Origin: an uncultured Gammaproteobacteria bacterium
GTDB lineage: Bacteria; Patescibacteriota; Patescibacteriia; UBA9934; GWF2-40-263
Reading direction: 5' to 3'
DNA length: 64,000 nt
Assembly: GCA_964402425.1 (NCBI GenBank)
Contig: CAYOCD010000001.1
Location: forward strand, 163,442-227,441
The notes under the pieces were generated by a model. That model searched no databases. It worked only from the letters and a program-made list of their open reading frames with translations, and was not told where the DNA came from. The translations under genes were made by a program, and so were the position numbers. Below, one piece after another: positions 18,923 to 27,206 of the stretch (position 1 is its first letter; every line of letters starts with the position of its first letter).

Positions 18923-20191
18923 TTAATCACGATCACGATATCCCAAATCTTTTAACGAACGATGAGCAAAATAAGGATCGTCCTTCATCTTGGTTCCATG
19001 GTTGGACACCCGAAGTTGCTCGTTTCCTCCTTGTGTTCGTCTTTTCGCGAAATAATCAGATGCGATCACTTGAACATTCCCATCTTTATTTACGATGGTA
19101 TTCTTTTTTTCCACTCGATCTTGAATAATCCATGTGTCCTTTGAATCACACATAAAACCATCAACAACCGGCAATGTATCCCGATCAAATTCAGCGGCCA
19201 ATGTTCGCAAGATGGGATTCAGGAGATTAAAGAACGTTCCCTCTCTCAAACCTTTCACAAGAACACTTGATTCAGGCAATACAAGTACAGACTCGTATGT
19301 TCCTCCTCTTGTGTTATAGAATCCACCAGACATCGATCCATCACTTCCCGCATCAAATTTATTTAATCCGGCAGGATATCTGGATTGAAATCGTAAAATC
19401 ACTTTTGTGGGCGATGTCGGGTGCGGTATGATTTGCAACTCATTTGGATCCACCATGCTATCGCGTTTTAATTGACATCGTTCTGCGGGAGGAACTTGAT
19501 CGGAAAAATGTTTTAAAAGTTTTTCTGTGTCTTCGCTTTTATCATCAAAAATTTCAAACCCTCTATGATCCCCACTCATTTTCCCTATTTCTTGCGCAGA
19601 AACACCAAACGCTTTTCCTGTTACGATTCCGTAATAACTTACATCTTCAAGACATGACATCACGACCCATGTTATCTGACGCTTTTTAAAAACATCCATT
19701 TTTTCTGTCTCCTGAATAACAAAGGGGTTTTTAAAATCGTAAAAAAAATGGGGTCGCAATGTTTTAAACGTTTCTTTATCTTGTCTTCGTTGATCAAGCA
19801 TAAGACCATCAAAGACTTGTTGAGCGTCTTCAAGAGAAAGAGCTGTTTTGTCCCCTAAAATAAAGGAGGATTTTTTGCCCGCTAAAAAACGATCTAGATT
19901 TGCTCTTACAATACGAAAACTTGGTCGATTATTCTTTCTAAGTTCAATATATCGATCAATAATCACCTTATTTTTTTCTGAAATTTTTTCCCAAAGTTTA
20001 TCAGTTGTCTCCATAGCAACCCGATCTTTTTCTCTCATTTGTTCCAAGCTAAAATCAACAGGAGCTTCTCTGGATGACAAGAGAACAGAGCGGAGATCCG
20101 TTACTTTAAACTGTGAAATCAATTCTTCGCGAGAAGGAGAAATGCGACTTTTGTCTATTGCAGGAGAACCATGACCACCTTCTGAAAACAT
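18923..20191 (-). CDS. Hypothetical 422-aa protein immediately upstream of parAB (the position usually held by rsmG/mnmG), no recognisable motifs
   Basis: Long uninterrupted ORF. Codon usage looks like neighbours. No Walker, HTH or methyltransferase motifs were found. Confidence 0.55.
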   Translation of the reverse strand: MFSEGGHGSPAIDKSRISPSREELISQFKVTDLRSVLLSSREAPVDFSLEQMREKDRVAMETTDKLWEKISEKNKVIIDRYIELRKNNRPSFRIVRANLDRFLAGKKSSFILGDKTALSLEDAQQVFDGLMLDQRRQDKETFKTLRPHFFYDFKNPFVIQETEKMDVFKKRQITWVVMSCLEDVSYYGIVTGKAFGVSAQEIGKMSGDHRGFEIFDDKSEDTEKLLKHFSDQVPPAERCQLKRDSMVDPNELQIIPHPTSPTKVILRFQSRYPAGLNKFDAGSDGSMSGGFYNTRGGTYESVLVLPESSVLVKGLREGTFFNLLNPILRTLAAEFDRDTLPVVDGFMCDSKDTWIIQDRVEKKNTIVNKDGNVQVIASDYFAKRRTQGGNEQLRVSNHGTKMKDDPYFAHRSLKDLGYRDRD

Positions 20192-20256
20192 AAGGTATCG
20201 ATTATTACCAAGCGCTTATCAAAGCAGACTATAGCATAATGTTGTTGATTTAAAAA

Positions 20257-20287
20257 CAAAAAATCACCACGTGCATGATGATTTTTT
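20257..20287 (-). terminator. Imperfect hairpin plus T-run between the tRNA-Met/repeat unit and the downstream ORF promoter region
   Basis: aaaaaatca-ccacgtgcatga-tgaatttttt. A/T stem with a bulge around an internal cacgtg/catg palindrome; runs on both sides. Confidence 0.4.
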
Positions 20288-20290
20288 GTG

Positions 20291-20418
20291 TATAAAACAT
20301 TCAAAGTGAGATGCATCGCGCTGTGCTGGAGGAGAAAAATCTTTGAGTCGTAGACAGACCTACGGCGAAAAGATTTTTCTCCGAAGCGCAAGCGAGGCGC
20401 TCATTTTGAATGTTTTAT
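20291..20418. repeat. Palindromic MITE-like element copy A (about 128 nt): 19/20-bp terminal inverted repeats around a GC-rich core with a nested 14-bp perfect hairpin
   Basis: TIRs tataaaacattcaaagtgag / ctcattttgaatgttttat. Inner ggagaaaaatcttt...aaagatttttctcc with cgtag/ctacg at the centre. Abuts the tRNA-Met 3' end. Confidence 0.6.
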
Positions 20419-20494
20419 GGTAGCTGGAGAGGGGGTCGAACCCTCGACCTCGGGCTTATGAGTCCCGCGCTCTAACCAACTGAGCTACCCAGCC
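20418..20494 (-). tRNA. tRNA-Met (CAU), elongator type, CCA encoded
   Basis: Minus-strand GGCTGGGTAGCTCAGTTGGTTAGAGCGCGGGACTCATAAGCCCGAGGTCGAGGGTTCGACCCCCTCTCCAGCTACCA. Cloverleaf folds with anticodon loop CUCAUAA, T-loop TTCGACC, and 1-72 / 7-66 G-U pairs. Confidence 0.9.
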
Positions 20495-20621
20495 GTAAAA
20501 ACTTTCAAAATTGGCGATCTTTCGGCTTGCGCTCCGCGCGCTCCATCGAAGGGCATTTAAGCCCATCTCCGTCGCATGCTCGCGCTACACCGAAATCTCA
20601 TCCAATTTTGAAAGTTTTTAC
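20495..20621. repeat. Palindromic MITE-like element copy B (about 127 nt): perfect 20-bp terminal inverted repeats around a GC-rich about 87-nt core
   Basis: gtaaaaactttcaaaattgg ... ccaattttgaaagtttttac. The core shares gagcgcaagc and tgagat blocks with the reverse complement of copy A. Abuts the tRNA-Met 5' end. Confidence 0.6.
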
Positions 20622-20652
20622 ACTTACATTCATTGGATGAGCCTTGATTGTA

Positions 20653-20738
20653 TGGTGCCGACAGTGGGACTTGAACCCACATGAGTTTCCCCACACGATT
20701 TTGAGTCGTGCGCGTATACCAGTTCCGCCATGTCGGCC
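20653..20738 (-). tRNA. tRNA-Leu (CAA), long variable arm, CCA encoded
   Basis: GGCCGACATGGCGGAACTGGTATACGCGCACGACTCAAAATCGTG...GGGTTCAAGTCCCACTGTCGGCACCA. Same architecture as E. coli tRNA-Leu; anticodon loop CUCAAAA. Confidence 0.9.
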
Positions 20739-20791
20739 TATTAAGGTAGCGATAAGATATCAAAATCACAAAAAAATGTCCAGCGGCTAAG

Positions 20792-20820
20792 TTGACGCAT
20801 TTATTCAGATCCTGTATAAA
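20792..20820 (+). promoter_or_regulatory. Sigma-70-type promoter for initiator tRNA (TTGACG-17 nt-TATAAA)
   Basis: ttgacg catttattcagatcctg tataaa, with the tRNA 5' end about 19 nt downstream. Confidence 0.7.
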
Positions 20821-20838
20821 TATCACGCTAGGTTTTAC

Positions 20839-20915
20839 CGCGGGGTAGAGCAGCCTGGCAGCTCGTCGGGCTCATAACCCGAAGGTCATTGGTTCAAATC
20901 CAATCCCCGCAACCA
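20839..20915 (+). tRNA. Initiator tRNA-fMet (CAU), CCA encoded
   Basis: CGCGGGGTAGAGCAGCCTGGCAGCTCGTCGGGCTCATAACCCGAAGGTCATTGGTTCAAATCCAATCCCCGCAACCA. C1:A72 mismatch and three G-C pairs in the anticodon stem (GGG/CCC) are bacterial initiator hallmarks. Confidence 0.9.
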
Positions 20916-20917
20916 AA

Positions 20918-20947
20918 AAATCCATCACAAAATGTGGTGGTTTTTTG
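20918..20947 (+). terminator. Terminator after tRNA-fMet
   Basis: ccatcaca-aaa-tgtggtgg (one U-G pair) followed by ttttttgttggttttt. Confidence 0.55.
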
Positions 20948-21018
20948 TTGGTTTTTCGCCATTTCTGCCTTCTTCGCCCCTTTCCGCTCTTTCCTTTCCG
21001 TGCTATACTTCTTTCATT

Positions 21019-21483
21019 ATGACACTGACCACTCACGCAACTTTAGGTGCTGTTCTTGCCGGAGCGGCCGGAAATCCAGTTCTTGCATTCATTTTCGGAT
21101 TTATCTCCCACTTTATTATTGACATGATTCCGCATGGAGATTCCGGATTAGCAGACAACTTTCGTGTGCACAAGCGCCGACGAAAACAAGCTGTCGCTTA
21201 TGTCGCTGTGGACGCAATCATCGCCATCTTCTTTGTCCTCATGCTTGCAAACACAAGAGACATCATCTCCGTTCGCAACTTTACCTGGGGTATTATTGGT
21301 GGAGTTCTTCCAGATCTCCTTGTTGGTCTTTACGATTTAACAAAATCCCCTCTCCTAAAATGGTTCTTCAAGATGCATTTTTACTTCCATGACTTCTTTA
21401 TAAAACGAAGAGGAGAAGTTCCGCTCTATTACGCGCTCATGGCACAAGTTGTCCTCATTGCATACCTACAAACAAAGCTTTAA
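21019..21483 (+). CDS. Small polytopic membrane protein, possibly YdjM/DUF457-like metal-dependent hydrolase
   Basis: ORF from 20932. Start taken at MTLTTHATLGAV (ATG) because the 5' part overlaps the tRNA terminator. His/Asp-containing HFIIDMIPHGD between TM helices. Confidence 0.45.
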   Translation: MTLTTHATLGAVLAGAAGNPVLAFIFGFISHFIIDMIPHGDSGLADNFRVHKRRRKQAVAYVAVDAIIAIFFVLMLANTRDIISVRNFTWGIIGGVLPDLLVGLYDLTKSPLLKWFFKMHFYFHDFFIKRRGEVPLYYALMAQVVLIAYLQTKL

Positions 21484-21485
21484 CC

Positions 21486-21512
21486 AAAAAAACCGGCATA
21501 GCCGGTTTTTTT
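21486..21512 (+). terminator. Bidirectional rho-independent terminator between convergent genes
   Basis: aaaaaaa-ccggc-ata-gccgg-ttttttt. Confidence 0.75.
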
Positions 21513-21534
21513 ATTTCCTCCATTTTTCTTTTTT

Positions 21535-22704
21535 TTAAATCTCCCCAACCTTTCCGACGTCTTCAATCATTTTCAATGTTTCTTTTGCGGTTTTCTCCCA
21601 CGAAAACTGCCTTGCTCTATCAAGCCCATCTTGACGCAACATCTTCACCCCTTCCGGAAGAAGAACACATTGTGCCATTGCAAGCGCAAATGATTCTGCA
21701 TCATCGACACACATCACCGCATCTCCCCCAACTTCCACAACAGCATCTGAACGAGACGCAATCACAGGTGTTCCAACAGCCATCGCTTCAAGAACAGGAA
21801 GCCCGAATCCTTCATCAAAGGATGGAAAAACAAATACGGATGCACGCGCAAGAAGTGTCCACTTTTCTTCTTCTGAAACTGTTCCTAAAAACTGAATGAC
21901 TCCTTCTGGCTCCAAATCCAACCAAACACGATTCACTTCTTCCACCAATCGAAACACCTCTTCTGTTCCCCATCCTTTTTTTCCAGCAATGACAAATCGT
22001 ACCGTAGTTGCACATTCCGGATGTTGGCGTAAAAAAAGGTCAAACGCTTCAATCGCGAGCGTGAGATTTTTGCGCGGTTCGATCGTTCCTAATGACAAAA
22101 TAACATCTCGATCGAATGGAAAACGTTTTGATGTCGCATCAAACGAAAATCCTTTTGGAATCTGAACCCCTTCATAAACAACAGCTGTTTTTGCCGCAAC
22201 CGACGGGAACAATCGCACAACACGTTCAGCTGTTGTGCGTGATACAGCAAGCAAACGGTCTGCTCGGCGAATAGAACGTGGCACAATCACACGTGTAGAA
22301 AAGTCTTGATTTGGAAGCGCAGAAAACCATTCTGGATGTTCATAAATAGCAACATCATGAACGGTGATCACAGATCGTTTGAACCAACCAAATGGAAGTT
22401 GGCCAAACGGACTAAAAAATACATCTGCACGACATAAAAGAAAGCGTAATGGCAACAAAACATGTCGTGAAAAAAATGGTACGTCTGAAATCCATGGTCG
22501 CATCACAACAACCTTGCTTTGTGCCCCCTCAATCAACATACGTAAACGATCAGGAGAAAGCACTTTTGGAGGACATAAAAAAAAGGTATGATCTGTTTTT
22601 TGTTTTACCAAATGCGAAACAACTTCCCACGAATAATGTTCAATCCCCGCCCCCACACCCCCTGATTCATCACAAAGCGTCTCTCCGTCAATAACAATAC
22701 GCAT
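21535..22704 (-). CDS. Glycosyltransferase family 1 (GT4, GT-B fold)
   Basis: C-terminal EGFGLPVLEAMAVGTPVIAS...E motif of GT4 retaining glycosyltransferases; 389 aa. Confidence 0.85.
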   Translation of the reverse strand: MRIVIDGETLCDESGGVGAGIEHYSWEVVSHLVKQKTDHTFFLCPPKVLSPDRLRMLIEGAQSKVVVMRPWISDVPFFSRHVLLPLRFLLCRADVFFSPFGQLPFGWFKRSVITVHDVAIYEHPEWFSALPNQDFSTRVIVPRSIRRADRLLAVSRTTAERVVRLFPSVAAKTAVVYEGVQIPKGFSFDATSKRFPFDRDVILSLGTIEPRKNLTLAIEAFDLFLRQHPECATTVRFVIAGKKGWGTEEVFRLVEEVNRVWLDLEPEGVIQFLGTVSEEEKWTLLARASVFVFPSFDEGFGLPVLEAMAVGTPVIASRSDAVVEVGGDAVMCVDDAESFALAMAQCVLLPEGVKMLRQDGLDRARQFSWEKTAKETLKMIEDVGKVGEI

Positions 22705-22705
22705 A

Positions 22706-23152
22706 CTAAAATAAGTTTATGGAAGCTTCTGTAAGCGAAAGAACGATGAGACCAGATGCAAGCATTCCAAGAATAATGGATGGAATGGCAAATCGTGGAT
22801 TTAAACGAAATAAAATAGCAAGAATGCACGCAGTCCACACACCCGTTCCTGGATAAGGAATAGCAACAAAAATAAAAAGAGAGAATGAACCGAAGCGATT
22901 AAGTGTTTTGCTGTGTTTTTCTGAAAGTCGAAAAAAATACCGTTCAAAAATCTCATGCATCTTTGGTGAATAAATCGAAAGAGCTGTAATGAATTTTGGT
23001 AAATATAAAAAAAGCAACACGAGTGGAATCAGATTTCCAATCGCAGACCACATGTAGGCCGAAAATGCGGAGAGATGAAAAATCCCGATTCCAACAGGTA
23101 TCGCCGCACGCAACTCAACAACAGGCATGGCTGCCAAAAGGACAATGGCCAT
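22706..23152 (-). CDS. Small membrane protein of the COG2426 / putative small multidrug-export (PF06695-like) family
   Basis: AAMPVVELRAAIPVGI motif and four TM helices. Start taken at MAIVLL (ATG 1 nt after the upstream stop); longer track start 23323 would overlap the upstream gene. Confidence 0.55.
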   Translation of the reverse strand: MAIVLLAAMPVVELRAAIPVGIGIFHLSAFSAYMWSAIGNLIPLVLLFLYLPKFITALSIYSPKMHEIFERYFFRLSEKHSKTLNRFGSFSLFIFVAIPYPGTGVWTACILAILFRLNPRFAIPSIILGMLASGLIVLSLTEASINLF

Positions 23153-23153
23153 T

Positions 23154-24167
23154 TCATTGGGTACGAAGCGGATCAAGTTGAGGATTTCTTGGGTCATACG
23201 TGAGTTGTCCATTCCATTTAAATGTTTGATAAGACCAAACCGCAAGCGACTTAATATCCTGAAAACGGTCCTCATTGGTTTCTGAGCCCAGAACAACAAC
23301 GATAATATCCCCTGCCCCTTCATGATTCAAAACCGTTCCAAGGCAATAACCGGCTTCCGGCAAAAAACCCGTCTTCCCCGCAATGATACGATAGGGCGGC
23401 TGATTGATGAAACTCAAAAGAAGCTGATCGGTACTTTTAAGGTCGTAGGTCTTTCCGGAAGCGGTTGTAATCGTGAATTGATCGTGTGCTGTTGCATCAC
23501 GAATGATTTCATTTTGAGCGACAACATCAAGCAACTTTACCAAATCAGAAACAATCGATTCGTTCCGTGGCGACAATCCTGTCGGATCTGCAAAATGCGT
23601 ATGTTCCATTCCCATTGAAACAGCTGTCTTGTTCATTTTTGTAACAAAATCCTGAATACTCATTCCAGACAATCGAGCAAGCGCAGCTGTGGCAGAATTA
23701 TCTGAACTGATTAGACTTGCGTACAAAACATCTTTCACTGTTGCATCATCACCAAACCCAATATGCTGCACTCCTCCCGCACGAAAATCCTCCGCTTGAA
23801 GTTTTGCGGGAGCCCCAAGATCTGGATTTGTGCTCAAAAAAACAAATGCGGTCATGAGTTTTGTGATTGATCCTATTGAACGCGGGGTATCAATATTTTT
23901 TTGAAACAAAATCTGTTTTGTTTTTCGATCAACCACAATCGCACTTTCTGCCGATGTCACAACACCAAGACTATTTGGACGAATCTTTGTTGGGGCTGCA
24001 TTTGTCGATGGTGACAAATGTGCGTTTGGTAAAGTAAAAAAATTATACAATGAGGGCGCTTGTTTCTTTGATTGCGTTGCAAGACGTTCAATATCACTTA
24101 CATCAACCGGAAACACTTGCAGCAAAGTAGATGCGAGAATGATTTGCGTTAAAAATTGTAAGATCAT
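23154..24167 (-). CDS. D-alanyl-D-alanine carboxypeptidase (S11 serine peptidase, low-MW PBP)
   Basis: SITKLMTA (SxxK), SSDNSA (SxN), KTG triad, N-terminal signal/anchor. Confidence 0.85.
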   Translation of the reverse strand: MILQFLTQIILASTLLQVFPVDVSDIERLATQSKKQAPSLYNFFTLPNAHLSPSTNAAPTKIRPNSLGVVTSAESAIVVDRKTKQILFQKNIDTPRSIGSITKLMTAFVFLSTNPDLGAPAKLQAEDFRAGGVQHIGFGDDATVKDVLYASLISSDNSATAALARLSGMSIQDFVTKMNKTAVSMGMEHTHFADPTGLSPRNESIVSDLVKLLDVVAQNEIIRDATAHDQFTITTASGKTYDLKSTDQLLLSFINQPPYRIIAGKTGFLPEAGYCLGTVLNHEGAGDIIVVVLGSETNEDRFQDIKSLAVWSYQTFKWNGQLTYDPRNPQLDPLRTQ

Positions 24168-24715
24168 ACAACTGTTTCGTCCGGAGTGGTTTTCAAGAGT
24201 TCATCAATAGATTCATTGGTGTGAAATGATTCGTATTCTGGTAATTCCTCAAGATGCGTGAGGCCAAGTTTGCGCATGAAATCAATGGAAACTGAATAGA
24301 CAGGCTGTAAGCGTGTACGGTCCTGTGTTTCCTCAATAAATCCGCGAATAAGCAAGTTGCGCAAAATCACTCCGCAGTTTACCCCGCGAATTTGTTCGAG
24401 CTCTGGGCGAGTAACTGGTCCGCGATATGCAATAACCGTTAACGTCTCAAGCGATGGTTTTGTAAGCGGCGAAGTTGCATCCTTCTTTAAAAAACTTGCG
24501 ACATCCTCAGACGCATCCGGGTTTGTGACAAACTGAACTTTCCCTTCTTGTTCAAGCAAGTGGATTCCAGAAGTCTCACGATTATAACGTGTGCGAATAT
24601 CTTCAATCGCTTCCAAAGCAACCTCCGACGAAACATCAAAATATTTTCGAAGTTGCTCGATGGCGATTGGTTTTGCCGCAGCAAAGAGAATGGATTCAAT
24701 GTTGGTTGTAAGCAT
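24164..24715 (-). CDS. scpB: Segregation and condensation protein B
   Basis: Tandem winged-helix ScpB pattern LETLTVIAYRGPVTRPELEQIRGVN; 4-nt overlap with the downstream gene. Confidence 0.85.
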   Translation of the reverse strand: MLTTNIESILFAAAKPIAIEQLRKYFDVSSEVALEAIEDIRTRYNRETSGIHLLEQEGKVQFVTNPDASEDVASFLKKDATSPLTKPSLETLTVIAYRGPVTRPELEQIRGVNCGVILRNLLIRGFIEETQDRTRLQPVYSVSIDFMRKLGLTHLEELPEYESFHTNESIDELLKTTPDETVV

Positions 24716-24717
24716 AT

Positions 24718-25410
24718 TTAATCAATTCTCTTAATCTCAATATCTTCAAACGAATCTCCTTGCACCACATGCACAACGCGTTGTTTCACGAGCTCGAGCA
24801 GGGCAAGAAAACTAATCACTGTTTCTACTTTTGATTTTCCTGTTCCAACAATATCCCGAAACGTGAATCGGGCGCGCTGCATAATTGCGTCGCGAATTTC
24901 ATCAAAACGTTCCTTTACAGATACAACACGCTCAAGGGCAACTTGTTTCAAGTTAAAAAATGGTTCGAGGTTCTTTAGAAGTTTTGCGAATGATTCACGC
25001 ATTGTCTCAATCGCAAGCCCTTCTGGAATGACAAGTTCAAGAACCTTGATGGTCTCCGGCTTCTCACGCGGAAATAATTCAATCTTTGCATTGAATTGCT
25101 TCTCAAGGTGCGCCGAAAGCTCCACAAACTGTTTATACATTTTAAGTTGCGCCGCAAGGTCTGACGTATCTTCTTCTTCCACAACCGGATCCGGAAGGAG
25201 TAATCGTGATTTTATGAGAAGGAGTCGTGTTGCGACAATCAAGAAGTCTGCAAGCTCATCTGGTGGCGGTTCATTTTTCTCAATATGCGCAAGATAGGAC
25301 TCGGTCACATGTGCAAGCGAAACTTCCGAAATCGAAAGAGACTCGGCTTCGATGAGTTCGAGCAAAAGTTCAAGCGGCCCCGTAAATTGTTCCGATTCAA
25401 TCTCAAACAT
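24718..25410 (-). CDS. scpA: Segregation and condensation protein A
   Basis: FTGPLELLLELIE N-terminal ScpA signature. Start at MFEIESEQ; the track's 25500 start adds 30 non-conserved residues. Confidence 0.8.
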   Translation of the reverse strand: MFEIESEQFTGPLELLLELIEAESLSISEVSLAHVTESYLAHIEKNEPPPDELADFLIVATRLLLIKSRLLLPDPVVEEEDTSDLAAQLKMYKQFVELSAHLEKQFNAKIELFPREKPETIKVLELVIPEGLAIETMRESFAKLLKNLEPFFNLKQVALERVVSVKERFDEIRDAIMQRARFTFRDIVGTGKSKVETVISFLALLELVKQRVVHVVQGDSFEDIEIKRID

Positions 25411-25565
25411 GTCTTTTGTGTCATCCTGAGCAAAGCGAAGGATCTCTCCCTGCAAATTATGTGTGTATTTTACCTGATCGAGAGACAACACGCAAAACAA
25501 AAAACCCGAGTTTTCCCCAGGTTTTTTCGCTCTTTCCTCCCTTTATCCTTTCTACTCTCTTCTTT

Positions 25566-26963
25566 TTACTTCAACTGAATATGCACATCATCGAGTGCAC
25601 GCTTTGGCATCTCGCTTGGAGCGCCCATCATAACGTCTCGAGCGTCTCCCGTCTTTGGAATCGCGATGACTTCACGGATGTTTGGCTCGTTTGCAAGGAT
25701 CATGATCAATCGATCAAGTCCTGGTGCAATTCCTCCATGTGGAGGCGCGCCAAAGGAGAATGCTTCGAGCATGTGACCAAATTGTTCGTTGATCTGTTCA
25801 TCCGTAAAGCCCATCACTTCGAAGACTTTGCGAAGCGCGTCCGGTTTATGGTTACGAATACTTCCTCCACCCGCTTCATATCCATTGAGAACGATATCGT
25901 ATTGCGTGGTCAAAATATCGCCGATATTCTTTTTCTCCATCAGCATTTCCATGTGTTCCGGCTTTGGAGATGAGAATGGGTTGTGTGTAAAGGTCCATCC
26001 TCCTTCTTCCGTCTTTTCAAAGAATGGGAAATCGATCACCCATCCGAACGCAAGAAGGTTTGGATCGTCTTTGTCTTCTCGAAGGTCAGGCTTGTCGGAA
26101 CCATATTTTTCCATTGCTTCTGCGTACGACAATCGCGGAAATGGAATTTGTTGAATGCGTTTTTCTGGCGCGCAGACTTTTACCATTTCAATCATCATCG
26201 CTTCGACCAACCGCATCACATCCTCACGATCAACAAACGACATTTCCATGTCGAGTTGTGTGAACTCTGGCTGACGATCTCCGCGTTGATCCTCGTCTCG
26301 GAAACAACGTGCAACTTGAAAATAACGCTCAACACCGCCAACCATCAAAAGCTGTTTGAACTGTTGCGGAGATTGTGGAAGCACATACATTTTTCCTGGG
26401 TGGACACGAGATGGAACAAGAAATTCACGTGCGCCTTCTGGCGTTCCTTTCGTAAGAATCGGCGTCTCAACTTCGACGAAGCGTTGCTCGTGAAGAAACT
26501 TGCGAAAGAATGTTTCGACGTTGTCTCGAAGTACTAAATTGCGATGCATGCGCTCAGATCTAAGATCAAGATAACGATACTTCAAACGAAGCTCTTCGTT
26601 AATGACGCGTGTATCGGAATCAATCTGGAACGGAAGTGTCTCTGATGTATTCAATACGGTAACCGACTTGATGCCGATCTCGATCGTGCCGGTGATCATC
26701 TCAGGATTAATCTGCTTTGCTCCACGTGCCTTAACCTCGCCCTCAATTTCGAGAACATATTCTGGTTTCAAACTATCGACAATGGCCGCGGTTGCTTCAT
26801 CGAGGTCTGGCTTATAGGCCACAACCTGAACGAGTCCGGACGCATCTCGCAAATCGATAAACACAAGCTTATCCCCCATTTTTCGGAGCGTATTGACCCA
26901 TCCGTTCACACGAACGGTTTGGCCGATGGATTGAGGAGTGTCTGAAATAAATGTTCTTTTCAT
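25566..26963 (-). CDS. aspS: Aspartyl-tRNA synthetase, bacterial-type motifs but lacking the GAD insertion domain
   Basis: N-terminal OB anticodon-binding domain, motif 2 FRDEDQRGDRQPEFTQLD, motif 3 GGIAPGLDRL. Sequence passes directly from motif 2 to ...YGSDKPDLR with no GAD. Start at MKRTFISD. Confidence 0.9.
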   Translation of the reverse strand: MKRTFISDTPQSIGQTVRVNGWVNTLRKMGDKLVFIDLRDASGLVQVVAYKPDLDEATAAIVDSLKPEYVLEIEGEVKARGAKQINPEMITGTIEIGIKSVTVLNTSETLPFQIDSDTRVINEELRLKYRYLDLRSERMHRNLVLRDNVETFFRKFLHEQRFVEVETPILTKGTPEGAREFLVPSRVHPGKMYVLPQSPQQFKQLLMVGGVERYFQVARCFRDEDQRGDRQPEFTQLDMEMSFVDREDVMRLVEAMMIEMVKVCAPEKRIQQIPFPRLSYAEAMEKYGSDKPDLREDKDDPNLLAFGWVIDFPFFEKTEEGGWTFTHNPFSSPKPEHMEMLMEKKNIGDILTTQYDIVLNGYEAGGGSIRNHKPDALRKVFEVMGFTDEQINEQFGHMLEAFSFGAPPHGGIAPGLDRLIMILANEPNIREVIAIPKTGDARDVMMGAPSEMPKRALDDVHIQLK

Positions 26964-27206
26964 AAAAAAATCCAGCTCTTTGGCTGGTTTCATTGGCGTT
27001 TTTCGCGGCAACAAAGAGACCAGCTTGATTAGCTGTTATCATCGTTATTATTTGCAAGAGAAACGCAGTGCATAAGTGCAAGTATTGTTGCAAAGGGGGG
27101 AAAGATTGTCAAACAAAAGAACATCGAATTGTTGACAAAACAGCATAACCACCTTAAGGTTGGGCCGTCGATAACGACAAATCTACTTCCGAAAAGAGGC
27201 AAAAAA

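Noticed and set aside
20495-20621. Element B as SRP RNA / small structured RNA gene
   Set aside because: Lacks SRP domain-IV consensus. Its perfect 20-bp terminal inverted repeats and relationship to element A fit a repeat element better.
25500-25565. Terminator between aspS and scpA
   Set aside because: aaaaaacc...ggtttttt flanks exist but the inner sequence (tggggaaaactcg) does not pair. Too weak to call.
26964-27206. Possible T-box riboswitch leader upstream of aspS
   Set aside because: No AATTAGGGTGGTACCGCG-like T-box sequence or specifier/antiterminator arrangement near the aspS start. Only a short ccagc...gctgg hairpin.
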